Shown: piece after piece, positions 19,490 to 29,372 of the stretch
Layout of the letters: the number at the start of each line of letters is the position of its first letter
Numbering within the stretch: the stretch's first letter is position 1
NCBI GenBank assembly: GCA_038997305.1
Contig: JAWAZZ010000004.1
Coordinates: 1-53,712 of the forward strand
From: Candidatus Aenigmatarchaeota archaeon
GTDB taxonomy: Archaea; Aenigmatarchaeota; Aenigmatarchaeia; CG10238-14; SpSt-28
DNA: 53,712 nt
Direction: 5' to 3'
Notes under the pieces: model-generated
Told to the model about the DNA's origin: nothing
Databases searched by the model: none
The model's input: the letters and a program-made list of their open reading frames with translations, nothing else
Made by a program: the position numbers and the translations under genes

Positions 19490-20860
19490 ATGCCCGAAAT
19501 AAGAGAAATTATAGATACTTCTGAATTAAAAGAATTTGAAAGAATAGCTGCACATAGTCATATAAAGGGTTTAGGATTAAAGGGTTTAAAAGCAGAATTT
19601 ATTGCTGATGGATTTGTAGGACAACAAGAAGCTAGAGAAGCTGCAGGCATAATTGTAAGATTAATAAAAGAAGGTAAATTTGCTGGTAAAGGAATATTAA
19701 TAGCAGGACCTCCAGGTACTGGAAAAACTGCACTAGCTATAGCAATCGCAAGAGAATTAGGAAAAGATGTTCCATTTGTTCATTTGGCAGCAAGTGAAAT
19801 ATATAGTGCTGAAATTAAAAAAACAGAATTTTTAACCCAAACATTAAGAAAAGCAATTGGAGTAAGAATTAGAGAAATGAGAAAAATATATGAAGGAGAG
19901 GTTGTTGAACTAGATATAAAGCATAAGCCTCATCCATACAATCCATATTATCAAATTCCATATGCAGCAACAATAAAATTAGAAACTAGCGAAGAATCTA
20001 AAAAACTTAGTGTGGATCAAACTTTTGCTATTCAATTAGTTCAGCAAGGTGTTGAAGTTGGGGATGTTATAGCAATAGATGTTGATGGTGGAAGAATTGT
20101 AAAATATGGAAAAAGCGAAAGAGCAATTAAAAAAAGTGAAGAAGAATTAACTGCAGAAAAACCAGTACCTATACCAAAAGGAAAAGTATTTAAAGAAAAG
20201 GAGTTTGTTTATGTTGTTACTCTACATCAATTAGATATGGCAAGAGCAAGAAGTTCTATAGATTTAGCAAGCATATTTTTTGGAACTGAAAGAAAAGAAA
20301 TAGATAGTGAAATCAGAAAAGAAGTTGATGAAATCGTAAAAGAATTAATAAAAGAAGGTAAAGCAGAATTGGTACCAGGAGTTGTTTTTATTGATGAATG
20401 TAGCTTATTAGATATAGAAACTTATGCATTTTTGAATAGAGCAATGGAACAAGAATTAAGCCCAATATTTATTTTCGCAACTAATAGAGGAATTGCACAA
20501 ATAAGAGGCACCGATTATAAATCTCCACATGCAATGCCAATAGATTTGTTAGACAGATTATTAATAATCAATACAAGACCTTATAACGAAAAAGAGATAA
20601 GAGAAATTTTAAGAATTAAAGCAAAACATGATAAATTAGATTTAGATGAAGAAGCTTTAGAATATTTAACACAATTAGGAGTTAAAAATAGTTTAAGATA
20701 TGCAATGCAATTATTACATCCAGCATATGTTGTTGCAAAAGAAGAAAATTCAAATAAAATATTGAAGAGGCATGTTGAATATGTAGAAAAATTATTTGCA
20801 GATGTAAAGAAAAGTGTTGAATATGTAAAACAATTCGAAAAGCAATTCCTAGAATTCTAA
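19490..20860 (+). CDS. TIP49/RuvBL (Rvb1/2-like) AAA+ ATPase
   Basis: RIAAHSHIKGLGL, VGQ..AREAAG, GPPGTGKTALA, SEIYSAEIKKTE, GVVFIDE, ATNRG, DLLDRLLII, SLRYA. Confidence 0.94.
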   Translation: MPEIREIIDTSELKEFERIAAHSHIKGLGLKGLKAEFIADGFVGQQEAREAAGIIVRLIKEGKFAGKGILIAGPPGTGKTALAIAIARELGKDVPFVHLAASEIYSAEIKKTEFLTQTLRKAIGVRIREMRKIYEGEVVELDIKHKPHPYNPYYQIPYAATIKLETSEESKKLSVDQTFAIQLVQQGVEVGDVIAIDVDGGRIVKYGKSERAIKKSEEELTAEKPVPIPKGKVFKEKEFVYVVTLHQLDMARARSSIDLASIFFGTERKEIDSEIRKEVDEIVKELIKEGKAELVPGVVFIDECSLLDIETYAFLNRAMEQELSPIFIFATNRGIAQIRGTDYKSPHAMPIDLLDRLLIINTRPYNEKEIREILRIKAKHDKLDLDEEALEYLTQLGVKNSLRYAMQLLHPAYVVAKEENSNKILKRHVEYVEKLFADVKKSVEYVKQFEKQFLEF

Positions 20861-21004
20861 GATTTTATATCTATTAGCGTCATTAATCAAAACCTTATCT
20901 TACCTACTTTATTTTAATCGTTCTTTTTTGTTTAAATAGCAATAATTCTCATAGAATTTTTAACATAAACTATTTTATGGAAAATTCAGGATAATGTGAT
21001 AATT

Positions 21005-21078
21005 GCCCCCGTAGCTTAGCTGGAAAGAGCACCGGGCTTCGGACCCGGAGGTCGTGGGTTCAAATCCCACCGGGGGCG
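21005..21078 (+). tRNA. tRNA-Arg(TCG)
   Basis: GCCCCCG/CGGGGGC acceptor stem, anticodon arm CCGGG-CT TCG GA-CCCGG, T arm GTGGG-TTCAAAT-CCCAC. No intron, CCA not encoded. Confidence 0.95.
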
Positions 21079-21114
21079 AAGCATTTACTTCCAGTATAAA
21101 AGCTGTATGCTTAT

Positions 21115-21708
21115 TTATATTCTAGTTTTATTTCTGCTATATTGAACATTCCACCTCTTTTCATACTCCTTTATAATTTCCAAATTTCTACGCATAAATT
21201 CCTCTGGATTTATAACAATTTTTTCTATAACAACTTTAAATTTTTTACAAAATCTCTTTAAAGAATAGCTTTCATTATCATTAAAAATATTATGACCGCC
21301 TATTGCGTATACTATTAAACAATCGGCTGCCCTCTGAGAGTAAATAGCATGCAAGAATATATTTTCATAAGCTCTTGGTATATGTTTTAAAATTTCTTCT
21401 TCTAATATAGCATGACCTAACTCGTGAAAAAGAACCTCTGCTATCTGTATCGGATCTCTAGAAAATAATACATTAGAAGAAATATATACTGCTTTCTCAC
21501 CCGGAACATAAGCACCTACATCAGAGGAAAAATAGGGTGGCATTGTACCAAGTACTATTTCTTCTAAATTTTCTTCCAATATCTTTTTACCTTCAGGAGA
21601 TAAACTAATATATAAATTTTCTAAGAGTTTTGTGATGAATTCCTTTACTTCTGTATTAAATCCTCTAGCCTTGTCTATTTTTATTTTTTCTAAAATTGAA
21701 TCCTCCAT
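21115..21708 (-). CDS. Putative zinc metallopeptidase-like protein (HExxH)
   Basis: VGAY..IYIS..VLFHELGHA zincin-type motif. Confidence 0.6.
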   Translation of the reverse strand: MEDSILEKIKIDKARGFNTEVKEFITKLLENLYISLSPEGKKILEENLEEIVLGTMPPYFSSDVGAYVPGEKAVYISSNVLFSRDPIQIAEVLFHELGHAILEEEILKHIPRAYENIFLHAIYSQRAADCLIVYAIGGHNIFNDNESYSLKRFCKKFKVVIEKIVINPEEFMRRNLEIIKEYEKRWNVQYSRNKTRI

Positions 21709-21793
21709 GAAATGGTTTCATCTAACCAAAATAAATATTTTTAATAAATGTATTTGATGACTAACAAAAACAAATCAAAAAGATTGAAACCTA

Positions 21794-23506
21794 TTATATT
21801 GGAAAACCAAAAGCAGATGCTATTGTTCTGTCTATATCTAATTTAGTATTAACAACATAATCAAAAAAATATTCATCAACAATACTCTTTTCATACAAAA
21901 GATATCTATTTTTAATAAATGTGTTTTCAAAGGCTTCGTTATATTTTTTTATTATTTCATATCTTTTTGATTTTTCTTTTAAAAATTCTTCTTCTAAGAC
22001 TTCATCCAAAAAATTTATATCTAACAAAACCTTAACCTTTCTTTTCTGATTTCCAACATCAATCTCAACAGTCTTTTCTAAACTTTCTCCGAAAAACGAA
22101 TTTATTTGATTTTCAATATATTTATCTAAAGCTTTTGTTTGGAGATACATTAACATTGCTAAATTTTGAGAAATTAAATATGGTTTTATTTCAAACCAAA
22201 AATCCTCTATTTCTATTCCAGTATAACTTCTAAGTAAAGTTCTATCCAAAGAAATTTCAACAAAAACATAATATGGACTTAATTTCCATCTCTCTTTTGA
22301 TGGATATGGTTGTAATGATTTTTTTACAATACTATCTCTAATTTCAATAATATCGTTTATTGTAAAGTTTGTACCAAAATTTTCATTTATTACCTCTATC
22401 CCAGCTAAAACAACTCTATCTATAGACGGCTCAGTCGGCAAAACATATTCTTCTATTTTTGAGATATTTTCTTTATCTATTAACTTTTTCAATTCATCAA
22501 TCAATATGCCTGCTCTTTCTAGAGTTATTTTTTTAGGAACAATTCTTTCTTCTTCCTTCATAAAAGGTGGAATTGATTTTATTAACCAGAATTTTGTAGA
22601 ATCTATTAACATAGGATAAGTTGCAGATTTTATAAATGCAACGCTAGAAGAAGTGAAAAATACTGGCTCCTCCTTAATAGCTAAATATCTAGCTATTAAA
22701 GGTCTTAACATTTCTTTATAATTTTCAATAGAATTTTTTCTCATTATGAGCAATTTTCTTAACTCAGCTTCTCTCTCAAAAACAACTTTTCTAAATTCTT
22801 CTAACCAATATAAGAATAGCGAGTTCTTTTTTGCTAATTGAATTGCTTCTGCCATAGTTATATTTGGCAACTTCTTCAAAACATCTTCTGGAGTTTTTTC
22901 GTCTTCTAAAGATAAAAAATCTGCAATAAAAGTTGTCCATCTCGTTCTAGCCATGTTAACTATAGATAAATCTCCGGTATGAATATCTACTTGATCTATG
23001 TAAATATTCCTAAGAGTTATTTCTAATTCTCTCTTTCTCTTTTGTAGCTCATTTCTCTTATTTTCATCCTTTTCTTCTTTCAATTTTTTATTTATTTCAT
23101 CTAACTCTCTAAAAATATTCACAAAATGTTTATATTTTCTATAGTCATGAGAAATTAATTGAGTATCGGTAATTGCATTTGCAATTTGAGCTAACTGAGC
23201 TTTAATGTTGTTTTCTATCTCTTCTTTCTGTCTTCTTATATTATTATAATGTGGTTGATAATTAGTACTAACATATAAACTCTCGCCAACTTTAAAAACA
23301 TCAAAGGATTTTTTTCCATATCCAAAGACTATAGAATAGATTATTTCTGTATTCTTTCCAGCAAGGTTTGTAAAATCTAATATATAAGGATTCATAGGTG
23401 ATATTATAAATTCTCTACTATCCAATTTTACTTTTTTTCCAGAAACGGAGGATAAGAACTCTTTTATCTTATCTATTAATTTATCAGGCAGTAAAAGCTC
23501 TACCAT
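21794..23506 (-). CDS. Hypothetical protein with coiled-coil segments
   Basis: 570-aa ORF with host-like codon usage. Motif-like stretch YIDQVDIHTG..RWTTFIADF. Family not nameable. Confidence 0.8.
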   Translation of the reverse strand: MVELLLPDKLIDKIKEFLSSVSGKKVKLDSREFIISPMNPYILDFTNLAGKNTEIIYSIVFGYGKKSFDVFKVGESLYVSTNYQPHYNNIRRQKEEIENNIKAQLAQIANAITDTQLISHDYRKYKHFVNIFRELDEINKKLKEEKDENKRNELQKRKRELEITLRNIYIDQVDIHTGDLSIVNMARTRWTTFIADFLSLEDEKTPEDVLKKLPNITMAEAIQLAKKNSLFLYWLEEFRKVVFEREAELRKLLIMRKNSIENYKEMLRPLIARYLAIKEEPVFFTSSSVAFIKSATYPMLIDSTKFWLIKSIPPFMKEEERIVPKKITLERAGILIDELKKLIDKENISKIEEYVLPTEPSIDRVVLAGIEVINENFGTNFTINDIIEIRDSIVKKSLQPYPSKERWKLSPYYVFVEISLDRTLLRSYTGIEIEDFWFEIKPYLISQNLAMLMYLQTKALDKYIENQINSFFGESLEKTVEIDVGNQKRKVKVLLDINFLDEVLEEEFLKEKSKRYEIIKKYNEAFENTFIKNRYLLYEKSIVDEYFFDYVVNTKLDIDRTIASAFGFPI

Positions 23507-23673
23507 AAAATTAGTATTACGCCAATAATTATTAACAAAAGAGAAATTAACTTAAAAACTTTTTCTATTTCGTGGATGTTAAATCTTAAAGATGAAAAAA
23601 TAGATTCTCTGTTCTTTAAATAAAAGTAAATTCCAAAAATTATTAAAAATATTCCTACAATTTTTAGGATCAT
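23500..23673 (-). CDS. Small two-TM membrane protein (57 aa)
   Basis: Not in ORF track: MILKIVGIFLIIFGIYFYLKNRESIFSSLRFNIHEIEKVFKLISLLLIIIGVILILW. ATGA overlap with the ligase stop, and its TAG overlaps the next start (ATGGTAG), filling the gap exactly. Confidence 0.75.
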   Translation of the reverse strand: MILKIVGIFLIIFGIYFYLKNRESIFSSLRFNIHEIEKVFKLISLLLIIIGVILILW

Positions 23674-25361
23674 CCCGATTTTCCCTGAGATTTATATAGT
23701 TCTTCTAATCTTTTTAAAGTATCTATCTCATTAACACTTTTATCTTCTCTTATTCTTTCAATTCTTGGAAATCTCAAAGCATATCCGCTAGTATAAGTAG
23801 GACTTTTCTGAATTTCTTGATAACTAACTTCAACAACTATTTTTGGTTTAACCCAAACAAAATTACCTTCTCTTTTAATTATCAAAGGAGTAAGAAGCTG
23901 AGTCATTAATTCGAATTGCTCTTCAGTTAATCCTGTGCCACCCATACCACATGTTAATAACTCGCCTGTATCTTCATCTCTAACTGCGAACAAATAGCTA
24001 GAAAGCCATTTACTTCTTGCTCCTTCACCATATTCGGCTCCGACAATTACAACGTCTAAAGTTTCCATTGTAGGTTTTATTTTATACCAACCACCAACAT
24101 GCCTACCAAAAACATAAAAGCTTTCTGGATTTTTTAACATAATTCCCTCTTGCTTTAATTGTAATGCTCTATTGTAAAATTCTTCTATTTCTTTAACATT
24201 ATCGGTAAAAATGCTTTCTGCCAATTGAATTTTTAACTCCTCTTCTTTTATTATACTTTTTAGAATTTCTCTTCTTTTAATCAAAGGTGTTTCGAAAAGA
24301 GTTTGTCCGTTTAAATATACTATATCGAAAACATTTAACTGAACTGGAATTTCCTGCATCATTTTTTCTATATCATATTTTCTATGAATTCTTTGACTAA
24401 GTTTTTGAAATGGCATAGGTAATTTTGTTTTTGGATCTATTGGCCAAGCTTCTCCTTCAATTATACATTCATCAGCTAAAACATTTTTCTTTATAGTTTC
24501 AACAACATCTGGAAATTGTTTTGTAACATCTTCTAATCTTCTAGTAAATATCCAAACTTTATCTTTTTGTTTATGAATTTGCATCCTTAAACCATCATAT
24601 TTAAACTCTGCAATAACTTTTCCATGTCTTCTAACAACTTCCTCAATACTTTCTGCCTTTACTCCAAGCATAACTTGCATAGGTCTGCCTAAAACAGGTT
24701 TAACTCTTCTTAATCCTTCTATACCTTCTTCTTTTGCAATTTTTGCAACTTCTCCAAAATTTCCTAAAATATTCCATGCAAAGTCGACATAATATAAAGC
24801 TTTTTCTCTTTCGCTTGGTTTAAAAAATGCCAAAACTATAGCATCTCTTATTATTCCTTCTGCTACTCCTATTCGTAGTTCATCCAAAACAATTCTAACT
24901 AAATATCTGGCTTCTAAAGGTTCTGAAAAATTTAATAATCCAGCTAAAGTAGATATTTTTCTTTCTTGCGAACCTTCACCTTCATAAAATCCAATTTCTC
25001 TTAATTTATCATAAACTTCACTAACTGATAATTCTTTTTTGAAAAAAACTTTTTGCTTTCTGTTCTTTATACAATATTCGGCAACTTTTCCTAAATCTCC
25101 AAATTTAACATATAATTCCTCTATTTGTTTTAGATCAAAACCGCTAGCTTTTGATATACTTCTCATAGCCATCTTACTAGCTATTCCTAATTCTCTATTT
25201 TCGTATGGTAAATAAATTTGGCCTGTAGATAATAAAACCAGTTTAACTAATTCTTCTCCTTCAGCTTTTTTAAACAAGTTAGCTAATATTTCAGTCTTTC
25301 CTATTTTAGATGAAATTTTTTCTAATTTTTCATATATTTGACAAACTTCTAAGAATCTCAT
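23670..25361 (-). CDS. lig: ATP-dependent DNA ligase
   Basis: EFKYDGLRMQIH, FTRRLE, IIEGE, NVFDI, EGIMLK, WYKIK, LRFPR..R.DK. Confidence 0.97.
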   Translation of the reverse strand: MRFLEVCQIYEKLEKISSKIGKTEILANLFKKAEGEELVKLVLLSTGQIYLPYENRELGIASKMAMRSISKASGFDLKQIEELYVKFGDLGKVAEYCIKNRKQKVFFKKELSVSEVYDKLREIGFYEGEGSQERKISTLAGLLNFSEPLEARYLVRIVLDELRIGVAEGIIRDAIVLAFFKPSEREKALYYVDFAWNILGNFGEVAKIAKEEGIEGLRRVKPVLGRPMQVMLGVKAESIEEVVRRHGKVIAEFKYDGLRMQIHKQKDKVWIFTRRLEDVTKQFPDVVETIKKNVLADECIIEGEAWPIDPKTKLPMPFQKLSQRIHRKYDIEKMMQEIPVQLNVFDIVYLNGQTLFETPLIKRREILKSIIKEEELKIQLAESIFTDNVKEIEEFYNRALQLKQEGIMLKNPESFYVFGRHVGGWYKIKPTMETLDVVIVGAEYGEGARSKWLSSYLFAVRDEDTGELLTCGMGGTGLTEEQFELMTQLLTPLIIKREGNFVWVKPKIVVEVSYQEIQKSPTYTSGYALRFPRIERIREDKSVNEIDTLKRLEELYKSQGKSG

Positions 25362-25383
25362 AATAAATTATATTGTTTTTCAA

Positions 25384-26835
25384 TCAAATTAATAACAAAA
25401 TAAATTCTCTTAAAGGCTTAGGTAAGTTCAGTAATTTAATAAATTTTCTAGCATCATCACCAAAAATCTTTAGAATTTTCACTAGGAATATACAAAATAC
25501 TATGTAAGTGATTATGACGACTATGTTTAACCTAATATCATTAAATCTGTTGAAAAAGTTTATTGAAAAAAGGAAAACTAAAATAATAAATATCATCAAT
25601 TTTAAATTTTGAATAGGACTAATTAAAGCAGCCAAATTTCTTATAGCTATAAAATATAATAAAAATCTTACAAAAGATAAAGTCAAATACAAAAACAAAA
25701 ATGAATAAATATCACGCAAAGAAAAAATAATAAAACTAAATAGAGATAAGATAGCCAAAAGTATTGAAAAAGTTTCTATTATATATATTTCTTTTGTTCT
25801 ATTGGTCGAAAACAAAAATGAACTCAAAAAATTAGACAAGATTAAAAATAAAGAAGCTATTGAGATAGTAAGTATGAATGAAAAGGAGAAGTTTTTAAAT
25901 TCTTGATTAGATTGTATTAAATCGAAAAATAAATTTATATTGTATGAGATAAGAAAGACTAAACTTATTACAAAAACCACACTAAAATTAAATATCTGTT
26001 GAATTAAAAAAGATATCTTCTTTTTATTTTTCAACTCTTTTATTGCATATTTACTTAAAATTGGTAAAGCTGCACTTACTATTATAGATGGAAAGAATTG
26101 AATTACAGCAGATATTTGTTGAGAAAAAAATATTATAGCAGAAATTGCGGGAAAGAAAAATATGTACCCAAAAATTACAAGAAAGTTAGAAAAAAGGGAA
26201 TTAAATATTAGAGAAATAAAAGAAGATAATGAATATTCAAAAAATTTTTTAATTTCATTAATTTTAAAAGAAACGTGCTCAAAAAACACAAGTAATAAAT
26301 CTTTCAAAAAAATCAACTTTAGTATTATTGCTACAATTGTACTCAATATTAGTATATAAACGATATAGAGAAAATTAACACCAAATAAATATGTTATAAA
26401 AAACAGAAAAATCAATTTTAAAAAAGATGACGCAAAATTTGAAATAAAAATCTCCTTCATTCTTTGATATCCATACAAAATAGATTCAAAAAACTGAGAC
26501 AAAAACAAAGAAACCGCTAGAATAGCTATGTATATGTTTTTCAATAAAAAAATCGCTATAAAAAATAAAGATAAGAAGACTGATGAAGAAAAAATTATTA
26601 AAAAAAGAAATACTTCTCTTATTCTATTTAAGCTACTATATTTCCATAAACCAGAAAAAATTCCAAAAGAAAGTATATTAGTCAATAATATAGAAAATGA
26701 TAAAATATAAGAAATGTGTCCATATTCTTCAGTAGTAATTATCCTAGTTAATATGCTCCAAAATATTATTCCAATTAACGAAATGCTTAAGGAATTCAAA
26801 AATAAGTAAAATATATTCTTTGATAGCTCCCTCAT
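25384..26835 (-). CDS. MOP-superfamily oligosaccharide flippase (Wzx/AglR-like)
   Basis: 483 aa with many TM helices. N-terminus KN.FYLF..TRIIT.EEYG.. and internal ALPILSK are typical of polysaccharide flippases. Confidence 0.75.
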   Translation of the reverse strand: MRELSKNIFYLFLNSLSISLIGIIFWSILTRIITTEEYGHISYILSFSILLTNILSFGIFSGLWKYSSLNRIREVFLFLIIFSSSVFLSLFFIAIFLLKNIYIAILAVSLFLSQFFESILYGYQRMKEIFISNFASSFLKLIFLFFITYLFGVNFLYIVYILILSTIVAIILKLIFLKDLLLVFFEHVSFKINEIKKFFEYSLSSFISLIFNSLFSNFLVIFGYIFFFPAISAIIFFSQQISAVIQFFPSIIVSAALPILSKYAIKELKNKKKISFLIQQIFNFSVVFVISLVFLISYNINLFFDLIQSNQEFKNFSFSFILTISIASLFLILSNFLSSFLFSTNRTKEIYIIETFSILLAILSLFSFIIFSLRDIYSFLFLYLTLSFVRFLLYFIAIRNLAALISPIQNLKLMIFIILVFLFSINFFNRFNDIRLNIVVIITYIVFCIFLVKILKIFGDDARKFIKLLNLPKPLREFILLLI

Positions 26836-26877
26836 TATAATGATTTAAATATTTAAAGGTAAAATAAAGAATATAGT

Positions 26878-27489
26878 ATGGAAGAGTACCAAACAAAAAA
26901 AGGTACAACAACATTAGGAATAATTGCAAAAGATGGAATCGTAATTGCTGCCGAGAAAAAATCTACTATGGGGTTTTTAGTTGCTAGCAAGGAAAGTGAA
27001 AAAATAATTAAATTAAACGATAGAATTGTAATGACAACCGCAGGAAGTGTTGGAGATAACCTAACATTAGCAAGATGGTTAAAAGCAGAGATTAAGTTAT
27101 TTGAAATTCAAAACGAAAGAAAAATTAGTGTAAGAGCTGTTGCAAATCTATTATCTAATATATTAAGTGCATACAGATTTTTCCCATTTTTGGTCCAGAT
27201 AATAATAGCTGGTTATGATGAGTATGAAGGTTTTAAAATGTATTCTTTTGATGCAATAGGCGGAATGGAAGAAGAAAAGAAGTTTTTTGCCACTGGCAGT
27301 GGAAGTCCTATGGCATTGGGTGTGTTAGAAGCTTTATACAATGAAAATTTGGATGTAAAAACTGCAAAAGAAATTGCAATAAAGGCAATTAAGGCTGCTG
27401 TAGAAAGAGATATAGGTTCTGGAGGCAGAGGAATAGATCTAGCAATAATAACTAAGGATGGAATAAAATTCGAGTTTGTAGAGTTATAA
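26878..27489 (+). CDS. psmB: Proteasome beta subunit
   Basis: Short propeptide then KG|TTTLG, AGSVGD, TGSGS, RDIGSG. Confidence 0.97.
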   Translation: MEEYQTKKGTTTLGIIAKDGIVIAAEKKSTMGFLVASKESEKIIKLNDRIVMTTAGSVGDNLTLARWLKAEIKLFEIQNERKISVRAVANLLSNILSAYRFFPFLVQIIIAGYDEYEGFKMYSFDAIGGMEEEKKFFATGSGSPMALGVLEALYNENLDVKTAKEIAIKAIKAAVERDIGSGGRGIDLAIITKDGIKFEFVEL

Positions 27490-27509
27490 TTTTAACCTAA
27501 CCGAACATT

Positions 27510-29372
27510 ATGGAAAACATAATAGAAAAAATAAAGAGTAGATTACCAAAGGAATATATAAAGGAAATAGCATTTGAAGGTGCAGAAATAATTATTTATA
27601 CAACTAACGAAGATTTTTTTAAGAATTCTTTCGAGTATATAAAAGATTTAATATCTGAACTAAAAAGAAGAATTGAAGTCAGAATGCATCCATCTTTATG
27701 TAAAGATAAAAACTATACAATAGAATTTATAAAAAACACTATACCTCAAGAAAGCAATTTAAAAGATATTGTATTTGAAGAAAAGAGAAGTTTAGTTTTT
27801 ATAGAAGTTGAAAATAGTTCGGTTGCAATAGGAAAAGATGGTGAAAATGTCAAAAAGATAAAAAATGAAACTTTCTGGACTCCAATAATAGAAAGAGTAC
27901 CTTCAATACCCTCTGCAATAGTTCCAAATGTTAGAAAATTTATCCATGAAGAAGAGAATTTTAGAAAAGGTTTTCTTCAAAAAATAGGTGAAAAAATATT
28001 AGAAGTTAAAGAAAGTAAAAAGCATTGGATAAGGTTAACATTTTTAGGTGGGGCAAGAGAAGTTGGAAGAAGTTGTCTGTTAGTAGAAACTCCTCAATCA
28101 AATCTATTAATAGATTGTGGAATAAAAGCAGGAATTTATAACGAAAATGGATTTCCAATATTAAAAATTAGAGAGTTTGATTTATCTTCTATTGACGCTA
28201 TAATAGTTTCTCATTCACATTTAGATCATGTTGGATTTATTCCCTATCTATATGAGCTCGGTCTGGATGCACCAATTTATATGACCGAGCCAACATTAGA
28301 TGTTTACACCCTTTTAATAACTGATTTTATAGAAGTTATGCAAAAAAATGCAGTAAATCCTCTTTTTACTTCTAAAGGATTAAAAGAGAGTTTAAAAAGA
28401 GTAATAACATTGGAATATGATGAAGTCACAGACATTACTAGCGATGTTAAACTTACTTTTCAAAATGCTGGTCATATTATTGGTTCGGCACTAGTTCACT
28501 TACATATTGGAGATGGCTTACATAACATAGTATATGCATTAGATCAAAAATTCGATAGGACAACCTTATTAGACCCTGCATTTACAGATTTCAAAAGGAT
28601 TGAAACATTAATAATAGAATCTACATACGGAAGTAAAGAAGACATAATGCCAAAAAGAAAAGAAACAGAAAAAGAGTTAGTAGAGTATATAAATTCTGTA
28701 ATGCAAAGAGGTGGAATAGCACTAATACCAAGCTTTGCAGTAGAAAGAGCTCAAGATATCATGGCAATATTGGCTAGAGAAAATTTTGAATATCCCGTTT
28801 TTGTGGATGGAATGATTTGGGATGCAACAAGTATTTATACAGTTTATCCAGAATATCTGGGAAAACATGGAAGAAAATTAATAAAAGAGAAGATTTTTAA
28901 CAAAGATATTTTCAAAAGAGTTTCTACGAAAAGCGAAAGAGAAAAGGTTTTAGAAAATGCACCATGCGTAATAATTTCAACCAGTGGAATGCTTACTGGT
29001 GGGCCAGCAATAGAATATTTCAAAAGAATTAGCGAAAATGAGAAAAACGCATTAATATTTGTCGGATTTCAAGCTCAAGGAACACTTGGAAGAAGAATTT
29101 TGGATGGAGAAAAAGAAATTCAATTAGAAGAAGATGGAAAACTAAAAACTTTTAAGGTTAATCTAGAAGTAAAATATTTGAAAGGATTAAGTGGTCATTC
29201 AGATAGAAGACAATTACTAGCTTATGTAAACAATCTCACCTCAAAACCAAAGAGAATTTTTGTTGTTCATGGCGAAGAATCAAAGGCAGTTAGCCTCTCA
29301 AACACCTATCAAAAACTTTTTGGCATAGAGAGTTATGCACCAAGAAATTTAGAAACTCTCAGAGTTCTTTAA
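27510..29372 (+). CDS. fttA: aCPSF1/FttA KH-beta-CASP ribonuclease (transcription termination factor)
   Basis: N-terminal KH domains, LGGAREVGRS, HSHLDH, AGHIIGS, ESTYG, SGML.GG, SGHSD, VHGE, APRNLET. Follows psmB as usual. Confidence 0.95.
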   Translation: MENIIEKIKSRLPKEYIKEIAFEGAEIIIYTTNEDFFKNSFEYIKDLISELKRRIEVRMHPSLCKDKNYTIEFIKNTIPQESNLKDIVFEEKRSLVFIEVENSSVAIGKDGENVKKIKNETFWTPIIERVPSIPSAIVPNVRKFIHEEENFRKGFLQKIGEKILEVKESKKHWIRLTFLGGAREVGRSCLLVETPQSNLLIDCGIKAGIYNENGFPILKIREFDLSSIDAIIVSHSHLDHVGFIPYLYELGLDAPIYMTEPTLDVYTLLITDFIEVMQKNAVNPLFTSKGLKESLKRVITLEYDEVTDITSDVKLTFQNAGHIIGSALVHLHIGDGLHNIVYALDQKFDRTTLLDPAFTDFKRIETLIIESTYGSKEDIMPKRKETEKELVEYINSVMQRGGIALIPSFAVERAQDIMAILARENFEYPVFVDGMIWDATSIYTVYPEYLGKHGRKLIKEKIFNKDIFKRVSTKSEREKVLENAPCVIISTSGMLTGGPAIEYFKRISENEKNALIFVGFQAQGTLGRRILDGEKEIQLEEDGKLKTFKVNLEVKYLKGLSGHSDRRQLLAYVNNLTSKPKRIFVVHGEESKAVSLSNTYQKLFGIESYAPRNLETLRVL

